Positions 50,191-59,734 of a stretch of DNA of 64,000 bases are shown here, in pieces. The DNA is taken from assembly GCA_049512935.1 (NCBI GenBank), contig JBEKWR010000003.1:111025-175024 (forward strand), in the 5' to 3' direction. A program made the position numbers and the translations under genes. The DNA comes from Candidatus Bathyarchaeia archaeon. Its GTDB lineage: Archaea > Thermoproteota > Bathyarchaeia > Bathyarchaeales > Bathycorpusculaceae. The stretch's first letter is position 1. Each line of letters starts with the position of its first letter. The notes under the pieces were generated by a model, which was given only the letters and a program-made list of their open reading frames with translations, made no database searches and was not told the origin of the DNA.

Positions 50191-51303
50191 ATGAGTCAGG
50201 AGACCACGGATCCGACTGAAACACCGACGGGCGGCTTTCAGTTACCCAAATCGGTCATAAGGTGGATAGCCGTGGGCTTGGTTCTAACATCCGCCGTTGT
50301 TATCATTATCACTCTATATTCTGGCGTGAAGTTCTCGGATTTTGAAAGTATCGGTTTCTTGGCATTCGGCCTAGCAGCTGCTGCATCTGTGGCCAGGCTC
50401 CTCGTCCAGATCGTGCGGTTCAGAGTGATAACGGTAGGTTTGGCTGATGACCCAAAAATGGATTTGAATGGCTTGGCGATTACCAGAGTAAGCAGCGAGT
50501 TCATCTCGATAGCGACACCTGCATCGAGTACGGGCGTCTTTCTACGCACTGCTTGGCTGTCGAGCAAAGGGGTGACTGGCGGCAAGGCGCTCTGGATTGG
50601 CTATTTTGAGGTGCTCATCGAGGTATATGTTGGTGTTGGTCTCGGAATTGCTGGGGGCGTGTACGCCTTCTTGAACGGCGCGGTCGTCCTGGGGTCAACA
50701 ATTGCTGTGATTGCGCTGATCGTGCTTACGGGGTACACGATTATTTTCATAATTCCGGCTATGAGACCCATCAAGGTTCCTCATTTTGTTTTCAGGATTG
50801 CGGAGTTTCTGGTAGGTGGTCCAAGAGCTACAGCCCTCTATCTTCACGCTGTCGTCGGCTCTTTGAATTTTTCAGTTTCCGCGCGCTCGATTCTAACGAG
50901 ACGTATGTTGCCTGTAGCGGTAAAGGCTGTTGTTCTGACCATCGTTGAGGATTTTTTGGAGGGTGCGACTCTTTGGTTTGTGCTAAACGCCGCAGGCTTG
51001 AAGATCGACCTGTTTTCCTCAACCATTGTAGTCTTCGGTATCGACACCATCGCTCAACTTCCGATATCCATTGGCGGAGCGGGAATAACGGAGCTCACCA
51101 TACAGGCCTACCTAACTGGAGTCTATGGATTCTCCTCGTGGGCGTCCATTATAATATGGAGAATTGCCACTTATCAAGTCCTACTAGCGACAACTGGCAT
51201 CGTGTTTCTGTTCTTCGTGCGCAAGTATACGAGGCATGTCGAGAAGCCACATGAAGTGGAGCATCAGAAGGATGCTAAGGGATTCTTGCAAGATGGGGGA
51301 TAG
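50191..51303 (+). CDS. Lysylphosphatidylglycerol-synthase TM region / flippase-like (UPF0104) protein
   Basis: ATPAS.TG, PISIGGAGITE, IIIWRIATY; about 8 TMs; GAGGTG RBS. Confidence 0.8.
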   Translation: MSQETTDPTETPTGGFQLPKSVIRWIAVGLVLTSAVVIIITLYSGVKFSDFESIGFLAFGLAAAASVARLLVQIVRFRVITVGLADDPKMDLNGLAITRVSSEFISIATPASSTGVFLRTAWLSSKGVTGGKALWIGYFEVLIEVYVGVGLGIAGGVYAFLNGAVVLGSTIAVIALIVLTGYTIIFIIPAMRPIKVPHFVFRIAEFLVGGPRATALYLHAVVGSLNFSVSARSILTRRMLPVAVKAVVLTIVEDFLEGATLWFVLNAAGLKIDLFSSTIVVFGIDTIAQLPISIGGAGITELTIQAYLTGVYGFSSWASIIIWRIATYQVLLATTGIVFLFFVRKYTRHVEKPHEVEHQKDAKGFLQDGG

Positions 51304-51651
51304 AAAGGGATATCCCAGAGCAGAGCATTTCAGAGCAAGAACAACGAGCAGGAATCACGCATTGAGGCCGTAGTACTTCTACTCCGCGGGAATCATCTAG
51401 AACGCGTGGTTTCCAGCGAAGCTGATCATTGCGAGGGCGTTCTCGAAGGTTATCATGAAGCCAATCATCGGGTGCAGGCAATCGGGGTCACGTCTCAAAT
51501 GCCCACAGGATACAGTCTATGCTTGACTCCTTGCAACATTCTGAAGTAGTCTACGCATCAACATTGTAGCATGCGCGCAATCCAATATCCTGACGCTACC
51601 AAAATACTGAAATAGTTGTGTTAGTTGTATTTTTCGTCGTAAGGCTGGTCG

Positions 51652-51981
51652 TTGAATTCATTGTCAGCAACTTCAGGGATGGAAGACTTTGCAACCACGT
51701 TTGCAAATGCGGTGCACGGTGGACTGGATAAGGTTCTAGGTCAGAGCGGGGCGGCGGCGGTCTTAACTCACATGAAGATGACTAATAATCTTCCCGACCC
51801 GGCTGAATTCCATAAGAAGTTGCTCACACTTTTCGGCAAAGAAGCAACACTTTCGCTAGAAAGAGCGATAGTTAGGGACCTTGTTACGAGGCTCAAGTGG
51901 GCGCTAGAACTTTTGAGTATAGAAGGTCCCTTCGATTTCAACACGACCATGCTCAAGATACAGAAGGGTATGAAAAAATGA
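51652..51981 (+). CDS. Small DUF3227-like helical protein coupled to the ATPase
   Basis: LDKVLGQSG...PAEFHKKLLTLFG.EAT.SLERAI; ATGA overlap with the next gene. Confidence 0.6.
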   Translation: MNSLSATSGMEDFATTFANAVHGGLDKVLGQSGAAAVLTHMKMTNNLPDPAEFHKKLLTLFGKEATLSLERAIVRDLVTRLKWALELLSIEGPFDFNTTMLKIQKGMKK

Positions 51982-53408
51982 CGACTAGAAAAAGCCCAGG
52001 ATTGAAACCCCTTGTTCAAGTGAATAGCCAAGGGGGTACTGCTGATTCTGGAGCAGATGATCTAGCGGAGACACGGATAGCTGCTGTACTTGGTCTGAAA
52101 CAATTCACGCAGCGACCCGTCAGAACCTTACTCGTCAAAGGTCTCGCAGGTACTGGCAAGACAACAATCGCCCTTGAAATTCTCAAAGCAGCGGGCAAAG
52201 GGAAAGGCGCGTACATATCCTCAAGAGTTCCAAAAGAACTCCTTGAAATGCAGATTCCAGCCATGAAGGGGACCTTACAGAATCACGAGTTTTTGGACAT
52301 TAGACTCGAGGACGCGACATCAGCACTGGATTTTGTCATCCAACTGACGGCCAAGAAAGTCAGAACCATTGTGTTTGATAGTTGGGATGGTCTCGCGAAG
52401 GAATTGGAACCGAAGGAAAGGTTACGAGCCGAGAAGACTCTGTTGGCCCTTGCAAATAATTCCGGCGCCCAACTTGTCTTTGTTAGCGAGGAACCCGGCG
52501 CCACGACCATAGACTATCTCGTCGATGGTATCCTCGAGTTGGTGAGGGTTGAAGAACAAGACCGTGCGGTAAGAGAATTCATCATACACAAACTGCGTGG
52601 GACAAAGATACCCCAACACAAGTATCTCTTTACACTTCTAGAAGGAAAATTCACTTTCTTCGGACCCTACGCCATTCCCGATTACTCGAACGTGGACAAG
52701 TTTGTTCGAAGACCTGACATCGATGGATGCTATTCTTTCGGGAGTGGGGCTCTGGATAGACTGTTTGGAGGCATAATTCCTGGGAGCACCATGGCTATCG
52801 AATATGATGAGAATGTTCCCTACTCTGCGCTCAGAGCAATCGAGTTGCCTCCAATCATCAACTTTCTGTCAATGGGAAGGAGTGCGATCCTTCTCCCATT
52901 ACCCGGCGCAAATGACGAGCGAACGAACTCGATTCTGACCAAAACGCTTGGCAAAAGTGTTGTAGGTGACCGACTCAACATTCTCAACGTAGTCAGAACT
53001 AGTGACCTTGAGACCACGCAATTGCTGAAAAATGTCACGCCCAATGAAATCCATGAAATGGTAACTAGGGAGACGACGCGACTGCGGGAGAAATCGAAGG
53101 ACCGATCCGTGTTACTCGTAAAGTCCGTGAGTGCTCTAGAGAACTTATTCGCTTCGGATTTGGATTCACTGCTCGAAGTGACCTCCCAAGAGATAATCAC
53201 CCTCGCACAGTCGCATGATGCGCACATTCTCTTCTTGGCAAAGGATTCTCCTATCCGGTCGCGCATCCTCTCGATGAGTTCCAGTTACGCAAAATTGTTC
53301 GTCAGAGATGGCACCGTTCTAATGTTTGGCGTGAAGCCTCACACCGGGATTTACGTATTACAACACCTCGAGGATCCCACTTCTCCATCACTAACCCAAA
53401 TGGTGTGA
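51978..53408 (+). CDS. KaiC/RAD55-like ATPase (GvpD-type), second ATPase domain degenerate
   Basis: Walker A GLAGTGKT, FDSWD, DYLVDG, KLRG, YLFTL; second half FG..ALDRLFGG lacks a Walker A. Confidence 0.8.
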   Translation: MTTRKSPGLKPLVQVNSQGGTADSGADDLAETRIAAVLGLKQFTQRPVRTLLVKGLAGTGKTTIALEILKAAGKGKGAYISSRVPKELLEMQIPAMKGTLQNHEFLDIRLEDATSALDFVIQLTAKKVRTIVFDSWDGLAKELEPKERLRAEKTLLALANNSGAQLVFVSEEPGATTIDYLVDGILELVRVEEQDRAVREFIIHKLRGTKIPQHKYLFTLLEGKFTFFGPYAIPDYSNVDKFVRRPDIDGCYSFGSGALDRLFGGIIPGSTMAIEYDENVPYSALRAIELPPIINFLSMGRSAILLPLPGANDERTNSILTKTLGKSVVGDRLNILNVVRTSDLETTQLLKNVTPNEIHEMVTRETTRLREKSKDRSVLLVKSVSALENLFASDLDSLLEVTSQEIITLAQSHDAHILFLAKDSPIRSRILSMSSSYAKLFVRDGTVLMFGVKPHTGIYVLQHLEDPTSPSLTQMV

Positions 53409-53869
53409 TCCGTTTCCACATCCATCTATCATATTGTTTAGGTTTCAAGCCTGATTAGGCGTTTTGGAAAGCGTGCCGGCTTGTCCCCTTATTATGTGTT
53501 GAAGAATGTTAAGGAGGGCTGCTTTGTCTGCCTAATAGCCGTGCCTACTTTATCTTTTTGAGAACGGTTTCTGTAAACGTGAGTGATCTCTCCATGCCTA
53601 ACTACACGACCAGAAGCATGCGTAGACGCACAAGACAGGCATAACTGCAAAAACGCTCACCAAAACTTTCAGCTCTTTAAGTCATAATTTTCAAAATTGA
53701 GGCTTTGGCTAATCTGAAGGCTGGGTAAAGGCTAAAAAGGAACTCTGACTCTAATGCGACGCTTGATCAATTATCCTTTAAGCCTCGTCGCTACGCGGAT
53801 TATCTGTTTAAGTTTAAAAAAAATAGCCATTGAAAGTTCTCAGTTATAATTTGAACTTAAATGGTTATG

Positions 53870-54022
53870 TTATAATTTGCGGCCTCGAAGCAGCCTGAGC
53901 GCTACTAGAATTATTACGACAATGATCAGAAGGTCTATCAATCCGCCAATTGTGAAAAAGCCAACAAGCCAAAGGACAAATATTATAACGGCAAGCAGAA
54001 TTAACAAATCGTCATTTTTCAT
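53870..54022 (-). CDS. 50-aa Lmo0937/DUF5670-like two-TM protein (not in the ORF track)
   Basis: MKNDDLLILLAVIIFVLWLVGFFTIGGLIDLLIIVVIILVALRLLRGRKL. Confidence 0.75.
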   Translation of the reverse strand: MKNDDLLILLAVIIFVLWLVGFFTIGGLIDLLIIVVIILVALRLLRGRKL

Positions 54023-54070
54023 AGCTATTCCATCATCCCTTTAATGTATGAAAAAATCTATTTAAATAGC

Positions 54071-54088
54071 TGTGAATGTGAGGTCACA
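54071..54088 (-). promoter_or_regulatory. Motif B
   Basis: TGTGAA-tgtgag-GTCACA + gcaac; tatttaaa adjacent. Confidence 0.8.
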
Positions 54089-54315
54089 GCAACAGTTAAG
54101 GTCAACTCTTTTTTTCTTCTGTTGTGAAATCATATGTTCATAATAATCGCTTATAAACTACCAAATGGATCAGAGTTTCACTATGAACACTTTGGCCGTT
54201 GTATGATTCGCGTCTAAACATACTGGAAAAACGAAGAATCTACCCCTAATTACTTTATATTCTTAAAAGTTATTCATATTCTAATTGCCCAGTGAGAAGA
54301 CGACGGGTTGCTCTC

Positions 54316-55236
54316 ATGAATCTGTCTACCCACATAATGTTTGGTATCCTTATTGGAATCTTATTCTTTGGCAGTCCAGAAATAGCGCTAATGGTTGGTG
54401 TGGGTTCGGCAATTAATGATCTAGATAGGGAATATGGTTTTTTTAACAAGGAGTCCTTTCGACGCCTACAAATACACCGTGCCTTATTCCACAATTTTTT
54501 ATTTATCGGCGCAGTATATTTGGTAAACCCTTTTTTTGGCATCGGCGCGTTTCTTCACTCGTTCTTGGATTCATTCACCACGACAAGGGATAGAGGTGTC
54601 GAATGGCTATTCCCATTTTCAAGAATTGTAACCAAGGCGGTTTATGATTCGGATGGCAACAAATTGCCGCTTGATCCGAAACATAGGATCTACTTTCTTT
54701 CAAATGATCTACCTGGGCTGACGCGAAGAACTACCAAAGACATTAAACCCGGTGAAACTCCTGTGCCAAACAGAAGAACTTACGGTCCAGCTCTCTCAGG
54801 GAAGTTTCTTGACAGGTGCATCTTTTTTGGATCCATAGCTCTTGTTCTGCTAATGGTTCTCTTTTCTGTTCTTGGCTTGCATCATTTCATCAATTTCAGC
54901 GCGCGTAACGAAACCCTTTCTGTAACAATTCCGTTCCTAATTGGTTCAGCAGGAGTTTTCTTGAATTTTCTTGTAGGCGAGCTAGACAGAAAGAAGCTGG
55001 TTAAGACTAAGTCAGATAGGCCCTACAAGTTTTCGTTTCTCCTTTCCGTTGGAATCATGATTTTTGCGATAATTCTTGGCGGGATTTTGAATCCAGCAGC
55101 CGTATTCGCCACCCTAAGCATAATGCCCTTCATTGCTGCCGGCGTAGTCGTTTTTGTTTTTGTTGCCTTGGGTGTACTGTTTTTTTCTACGCGCGGTTTT
55201 TCAAAAGACAGTAAGAAAGAGCCACTAATTGTGTAA
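54316..55236 (+). CDS. YdjM-like membrane metal-dependent hydrolase
   Basis: TH, NDLD, HRALFH, HSFLD, GVEWLFP. Confidence 0.8.
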   Translation: MNLSTHIMFGILIGILFFGSPEIALMVGVGSAINDLDREYGFFNKESFRRLQIHRALFHNFLFIGAVYLVNPFFGIGAFLHSFLDSFTTTRDRGVEWLFPFSRIVTKAVYDSDGNKLPLDPKHRIYFLSNDLPGLTRRTTKDIKPGETPVPNRRTYGPALSGKFLDRCIFFGSIALVLLMVLFSVLGLHHFINFSARNETLSVTIPFLIGSAGVFLNFLVGELDRKKLVKTKSDRPYKFSFLLSVGIMIFAIILGGILNPAAVFATLSIMPFIAAGVVVFVFVALGVLFFSTRGFSKDSKKEPLIV

Positions 55237-55344
55237 CAAGCTCGGAAGCCCGCATCTGAATTGTTTTTTTAGGGTCAGACCCTAATTCATAGGGGTCGAC
55301 AAAATTTGGGTTATGAAACCACACGAAAAAATGAGGTTTTGAGG

Positions 55345-56142
55345 TTAGTCTTCAGTTTCTTTCCAGTCGGATTCAAAACTTGTTCTGAGTACGCCTATGA
55401 GGTTGCTGTTGTTTGTCCAAAGAGAAGGGCTTTCGCCTAATCCGCTTTCTTTGGAGGCAGTAATCAACGCTTCTTTATCATCAGACATTATGAAGTGATT
55501 CAAAGGTTCACGATGAAACTTTACGTGAACCGAAGCGCCATCGATGAGTTTCTGCACTTTTTCTTTGAGCAAAGCGTCCGGGCTTTCTCCTTCAAAAATT
55601 AGTCGAACCTGAGCCCCTTTCTTTATCGCCCGCTTGCATTCATCTGAAAACTGAGACAAAACCGGTATGATTCTTCCCTTGTCGGCAATCAACGCGACTT
55701 CTTTACTCGAGTTCTTAATTAGTTCTGAAGTCTTTGCCAAAATTGCTTTCTTTTCTGCTATCAGTATGTAGATGCTTTCTTCTCCGGGAAGCGGCTGCTT
55801 CCAGTCTTTAAGGGACAGCCTTTGGACACTGCTCCTCATACCCGTCAGCCGTTCATCCGATTTGCTTTTTTCTTCCGATACCAAGAGGCTTAATGCATCC
55901 GAAATCGGGGTCGCTCGAATCTTAGCTGGTTTGCCCAGTAATCTTTCAATCAAGCCCATTTTTTCGAGTGTCGGCAGAATTCTGTAGACGTCTTCCCTAC
56001 GCACTTTTGAAAACTTCGCTACCTGTCCTACCGTAGTTTTTTCCAGTTTAAGTATAGCTAAGTAAACCCTTGCCTGATTAAGACTTAAACCCAAACCAAG
56101 CAGGAGGTCAGTGTTTTCGTCGTCGGTCATTCTCACTGCCAT
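55345..56142 (-). CDS. TrmB-family transcriptional regulator
   Basis: LGLSLNQARVYLA...VRREDVYRILPTLEKMGLIE; C-terminal effector domain (FIMSDDKEA...LWTN...FESDW). Confidence 0.9.
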   Translation of the reverse strand: MAVRMTDDENTDLLLGLGLSLNQARVYLAILKLEKTTVGQVAKFSKVRREDVYRILPTLEKMGLIERLLGKPAKIRATPISDALSLLVSEEKSKSDERLTGMRSSVQRLSLKDWKQPLPGEESIYILIAEKKAILAKTSELIKNSSKEVALIADKGRIIPVLSQFSDECKRAIKKGAQVRLIFEGESPDALLKEKVQKLIDGASVHVKFHREPLNHFIMSDDKEALITASKESGLGESPSLWTNNSNLIGVLRTSFESDWKETED

Positions 56143-56401
56143 TACTTTTTTTTAGCTCAAATTATTTTTAAATCTTTTGGTTGTTTTCGCAAACTATACA
56201 ACTATCTTTGCTTTTCGAATGGTTGTGTTATTTTGATTTTGAAGGTTTCTATTTGTGCTAAGAGGATAAAAATTGTGCTGAACAGCGTGCACAGGTCTCA
56301 TCTGAAATACCGCTGGAAAAATTTTGAGGCTGGGTTAAAGTAGTAACTTTACAATTAGTCATCGATTGTTCTCTAAAGATTGAAAAAGAGAATGGTTGAG
56401 T

Positions 56402-56728
56402 TTACGCGAATACGAAGCCGATGATTAGGCCTATTATGAATCCGATGCTTAGCGGTAGTATGCCTATGATGAGTGCTCCGTATTGATATACGATGGAGCC
56501 GTATTGGGTTGCGTAATTTTTCAGCTCGCTAAGGCTTAATCCGAAGAAGCCGAAGTAGGCGGCTATGAAGAGTATGATTGCAGCTATGATGGCGATTTCT
56601 AGGAATAAATGGATCAGATAGCCTATAATTAATCCAACGACAAATATTATAATCATTAAAACAATCGGCGGCAAACCACCGATGCTTCCAGAAGTGATAA
56701 AATGAAATACTTGATCTATCGCGCCCAA
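56402..56728 (-). CDS. Small multi-TM membrane protein
   Basis: 3 TMs; GAGGAG RBS. Confidence 0.75.
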   Translation of the reverse strand: MGAIDQVFHFITSGSIGGLPPIVLMIIIFVVGLIIGYLIHLFLEIAIIAAIILFIAAYFGFFGLSLSELKNYATQYGSIVYQYGALIIGILPLSIGFIIGLIIGFVFA

Positions 56729-56768
56729 ACTTCACAACTCCTCAGTTAAGCAATAGGAGTGCAAATTA

Positions 56769-56807
56769 CTATTAAACTTGTGTAGCTGTAGCCCCCCAGC
56801 AACAGAG
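56769..56807 (-). repeat. 39-bp promoter repeat containing TATA and motif B (56781..56798)
   Basis: Identical to 58872..58910. Confidence 0.9.
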
Positions 56808-56977
56808 TGGCAACCCGAAAGACCTTCCTGTTTGCGTTGTCTTCTATGCTACAATAACGTAGGCTATGCGGTAACATAACATTTTTCGCTTTTTCAACGC
56901 GTCGCAGACAACAATATCTTCTATCCCAAGATAGTTTCAAAAATGAAATATCAAGAAAAGAGGGTATAGTTGGTTTT

Positions 56978-57928
56978 TTATCGTTTTAGTGTCTTGCGCG
57001 CTTTCATCTTCACAATGCCAAATGCAGCGAAACTGACTCCTATAGCCATTAATGCGCCTAAAGCACTTTCAGGCAACGGGAAAGGAGGGTTCATTTGGCC
57101 GGTGGTGTTATTGATAGTGCTACCGTTTAATGTAACCGCGCCGTTGAGTGCAAACGCTCTGCCATCCACCGTAGCAGTAGTGCCTACCCCGATCGATGAG
57201 TAAGCCAGAATGGTTCCCACGAAAGTAGAGCCTGATCCAAGAGTCGCTGAACTGCCAACTTGCCAAATTACGTTGCAGGGCTGGGTATCGCCGATGTAAC
57301 TTATTACGCTACTCGATGCAGTGATAAGCGTGCTCGCGCATTGGAAGACGAAAACAGCATTGGGGTTGCCCTCACCATTGAGAGTGAGAGTCCCTGTCAG
57401 CGGATTCGCAGACGTGAAGACGTAGACGCCGGGCGTCAGAGTTAGACCACTGAGGTCGGAGTAGGTCGCCGAAGATGGCAGATTGGAAGCTTCCGTATAA
57501 GCATTTGAAATATCGCCTGCAACTGTAGTCAACAGGGTGGGAGTAGATCCCCCATTTCCTGTATAATCAGCCGCAAATACCTGTCCAGTAACAAGAGAGG
57601 ATGTTGAAAATGTGTCTGTAGCATCCACTGTTAGCGGCGAAAAATCTCCCGTGATGGCCGTCGAAGTATAGCCCGTGCTTATCCCTACATCACCGACAAC
57701 CGTCATGGGTCCAGCGTTACTGATCCCAGAGTAGGCAAAAACCGCGAAAGGTTGAGCGCTTCCAAGATTTACGGAACTTGCAGTTATAGATGAAGTTGGA
57801 GCAGCTTTGACTGCGATTATACCTGTTGCAAGAAGCAGAAGACCTAAAACAAAAATTGTTCCAACGATTTTTTTATTCAGAATTATCTTATTCAAATTTA
57901 TAACCCTTCCTTTGATAATATTACCCAT
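56978..57928 (-). CDS. Ice-binding-like protein (DUF3494) with PEF-like anchor
   Basis: [56 protein letters not shown]; LPES + TM + KARK. Confidence 0.9.
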   Translation of the reverse strand: MGNIIKGRVINLNKIILNKKIVGTIFVLGLLLLATGIIAVKAAPTSSITASSVNLGSAQPFAVFAYSGISNAGPMTVVGDVGISTGYTSTAITGDFSPLTVDATDTFSTSSLVTGQVFAADYTGNGGSTPTLLTTVAGDISNAYTEASNLPSSATYSDLSGLTLTPGVYVFTSANPLTGTLTLNGEGNPNAVFVFQCASTLITASSSVISYIGDTQPCNVIWQVGSSATLGSGSTFVGTILAYSSIGVGTTATVDGRAFALNGAVTLNGSTINNTTGQMNPPFPLPESALGALMAIGVSFAAFGIVKMKARKTLKR

Positions 57929-58412
57929 CTTTTAGTGGCGGCTGCGAATATTTAAGCATGCATGGAAGTTGTCTCCTATTTGTCTATTAGTCGAGTTAGA
58001 AACTGCATGTTGTTATCAAAGGGTTGGTAGCCTGCAGCTTGGCGGAAGAGAGATAGACGAAACCGTCGTTGAAATGGGAGTAACTTAGAAAGCGGTCTTT
58101 CAGACGTTATCAGAGAACTCAGGAAGGAAAACGGAGCAAAATCACCAAATTATTTGATTCCTTATCGCGGTCTAGCAAAAATAAAGTTAAAAGTTTTTCC
58201 AGCTCACCCCCTTTACATCTGCCCATTCTATCTAGAAAATGACTGACTGCACGTTTCACATACTTATTGTGCAGTAATATTGCGCGCTTTCCAATTGTTT
58301 AAGCGTTTATTATTTTTTCCAGGTAAATAGCATTTGAGGTGAGTTTAGCCTTTTTTTCAGTTGTTCTGGTTGACATTTATACGCAGTCTATTGAATGCTT
58401 GTTGTGGTTTTT

Positions 58413-58835
58413 CTATATGTGGGGGAAGAAGGTTCCCGGAACCACCACTCCGAAGAGGGCTCCAAATATTATGCTTACCACGACGAAGATTATCCATGCC
58501 AATATGGCTATTCCGATGCCGGCCAGCCAGCCCGTTCTGAAGCTTGCTTTGTAAACCCATATCCAAGCTATGAGGGCTAAAACTAATGCGATTATGTATG
58601 CCGATGAGCCGATTGCCCCTCCCAGAAAGTAACCCACAACAAACAATACGACAGCATAAACTATTGGACCAAACAACGTAGCAATCATAGCGTCGCCAAA
58701 GGTGGCTTTTCCGCCAGTTACTGCTTTGCCAGCTAACCACACGGGTATTGAGACTATTATCCACAGAATAATCAAGCCAATTATGGTTACAATCAGACTC
58801 GTCAAAGTCATATTTCCAATAATCACATTGCTCAA
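58413..58835 (-). CDS. Four-TM membrane protein
   Basis: PVWLAGKAV...ATFGDAM...WVYKASF.TGWL. Confidence 0.8.
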   Translation of the reverse strand: MSNVIIGNMTLTSLIVTIIGLIILWIIVSIPVWLAGKAVTGGKATFGDAMIATLFGPIVYAVVLFVVGYFLGGAIGSSAYIIALVLALIAWIWVYKASFRTGWLAGIGIAILAWIIFVVVSIIFGALFGVVVPGTFFPHI

Positions 58836-58871
58836 AGGCTACACCTGTTAAGCTACTAGGCGTAAAAATGG

Positions 58872-58910
58872 CTATTAAACTTGTGTAGCTGTAGCCCCCC
58901 AGCAACAGAG
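58872..58910 (-). repeat. 39-bp promoter repeat containing TATA and motif B (58884..58901)
   Basis: Identical to 56769..56807. Confidence 0.9.
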
Positions 58911-59137
58911 CGGCGGCTATAGGATTAGGGAATACTCTTCTAGTTAACGATCAAACTTATTAGGCCTTGCAAAAAGGAAGCTATTTGTTTCTTTGAAGGG
59001 AGACCTTCTCTTTGTTAGGTTAAACATAAAATCTCACACTTTCCAACACAAAATAACACTATTCGAATATGCGTTTCCGAATTTTGTGTTCCATGCATGA
59101 GCAGCTGACAAGTTTTAAATAGAAACTGCAGAATACA

Positions 59138-59350
59138 ATGGTTGAGGAGAATTTTATGACTCAAGAAGTTGAAAAGGGGCTGGGGAAAATCGGTGTTACA
59201 GTGTCCAAACCAATACTGGCTTTGATAGCAATAGTCTTCGGCATACTTGTCATAGTCTTTCAAGGTTTGCTTCCATTGCTTGTTGGGCTATACTTCATAA
59301 TACAAGGTTTACTGTTCTTCATAGAATACCTCGAACAGAGAAGACGATAA
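59138..59350 (+). CDS. DUF3096-like small membrane protein
   Basis: PILALIAIVFGILVIVF..LL..LVGLYFIIQGLL. Confidence 0.7.
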   Translation: MVEENFMTQEVEKGLGKIGVTVSKPILALIAIVFGILVIVFQGLLPLLVGLYFIIQGLLFFIEYLEQRRR

Positions 59351-59645
59351 CAAGGAAAACTACCAACTTCTATCCTTTTTTTTCTTCTGCCTCAAAAGCC
59401 AAGTCAAAAAAGAAAAAAGGCAGGTTTATGCTCGCCAAGTCTTTTCTCAATGTGGCGCACGCTACACAAAATAGTTTTGGTTAATAGTTCTAATGTAGAA
59501 CCTACCATCTTAGCATGAGGAGAGCTATTACAAGGGTATGTATCATGGCCAACTACAATTCCGAAGGCAGTAGCAAAAAGAAGCGACAACTTAGATACTC
59601 GACTCCAATTCTCGAGCAAAACTTCGGTTGATGCCCAGATGTTGT

Positions 59646-59663
59646 TGTGGCTTCACAATCACA
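59646..59663 (+). promoter_or_regulatory. Motif B
   Basis: gttgt-TGTGGC-ttcaca-ATCACA-cacac-TTAAA. Confidence 0.75.
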
Positions 59664-59734
59664 CACACTTAAACCTGCCAATAAACTACATATAAAGTAG
59701 ATCATTTGGCTACCTAAAGCAGGAAAGGTTACCA

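Noticed and set aside
56746-58905. ORFs 56746..56940 and 58357..58905 sharing LGGYSYTSLI
   Set aside because: The shared peptide is just the translation of the duplicated 39-bp promoter
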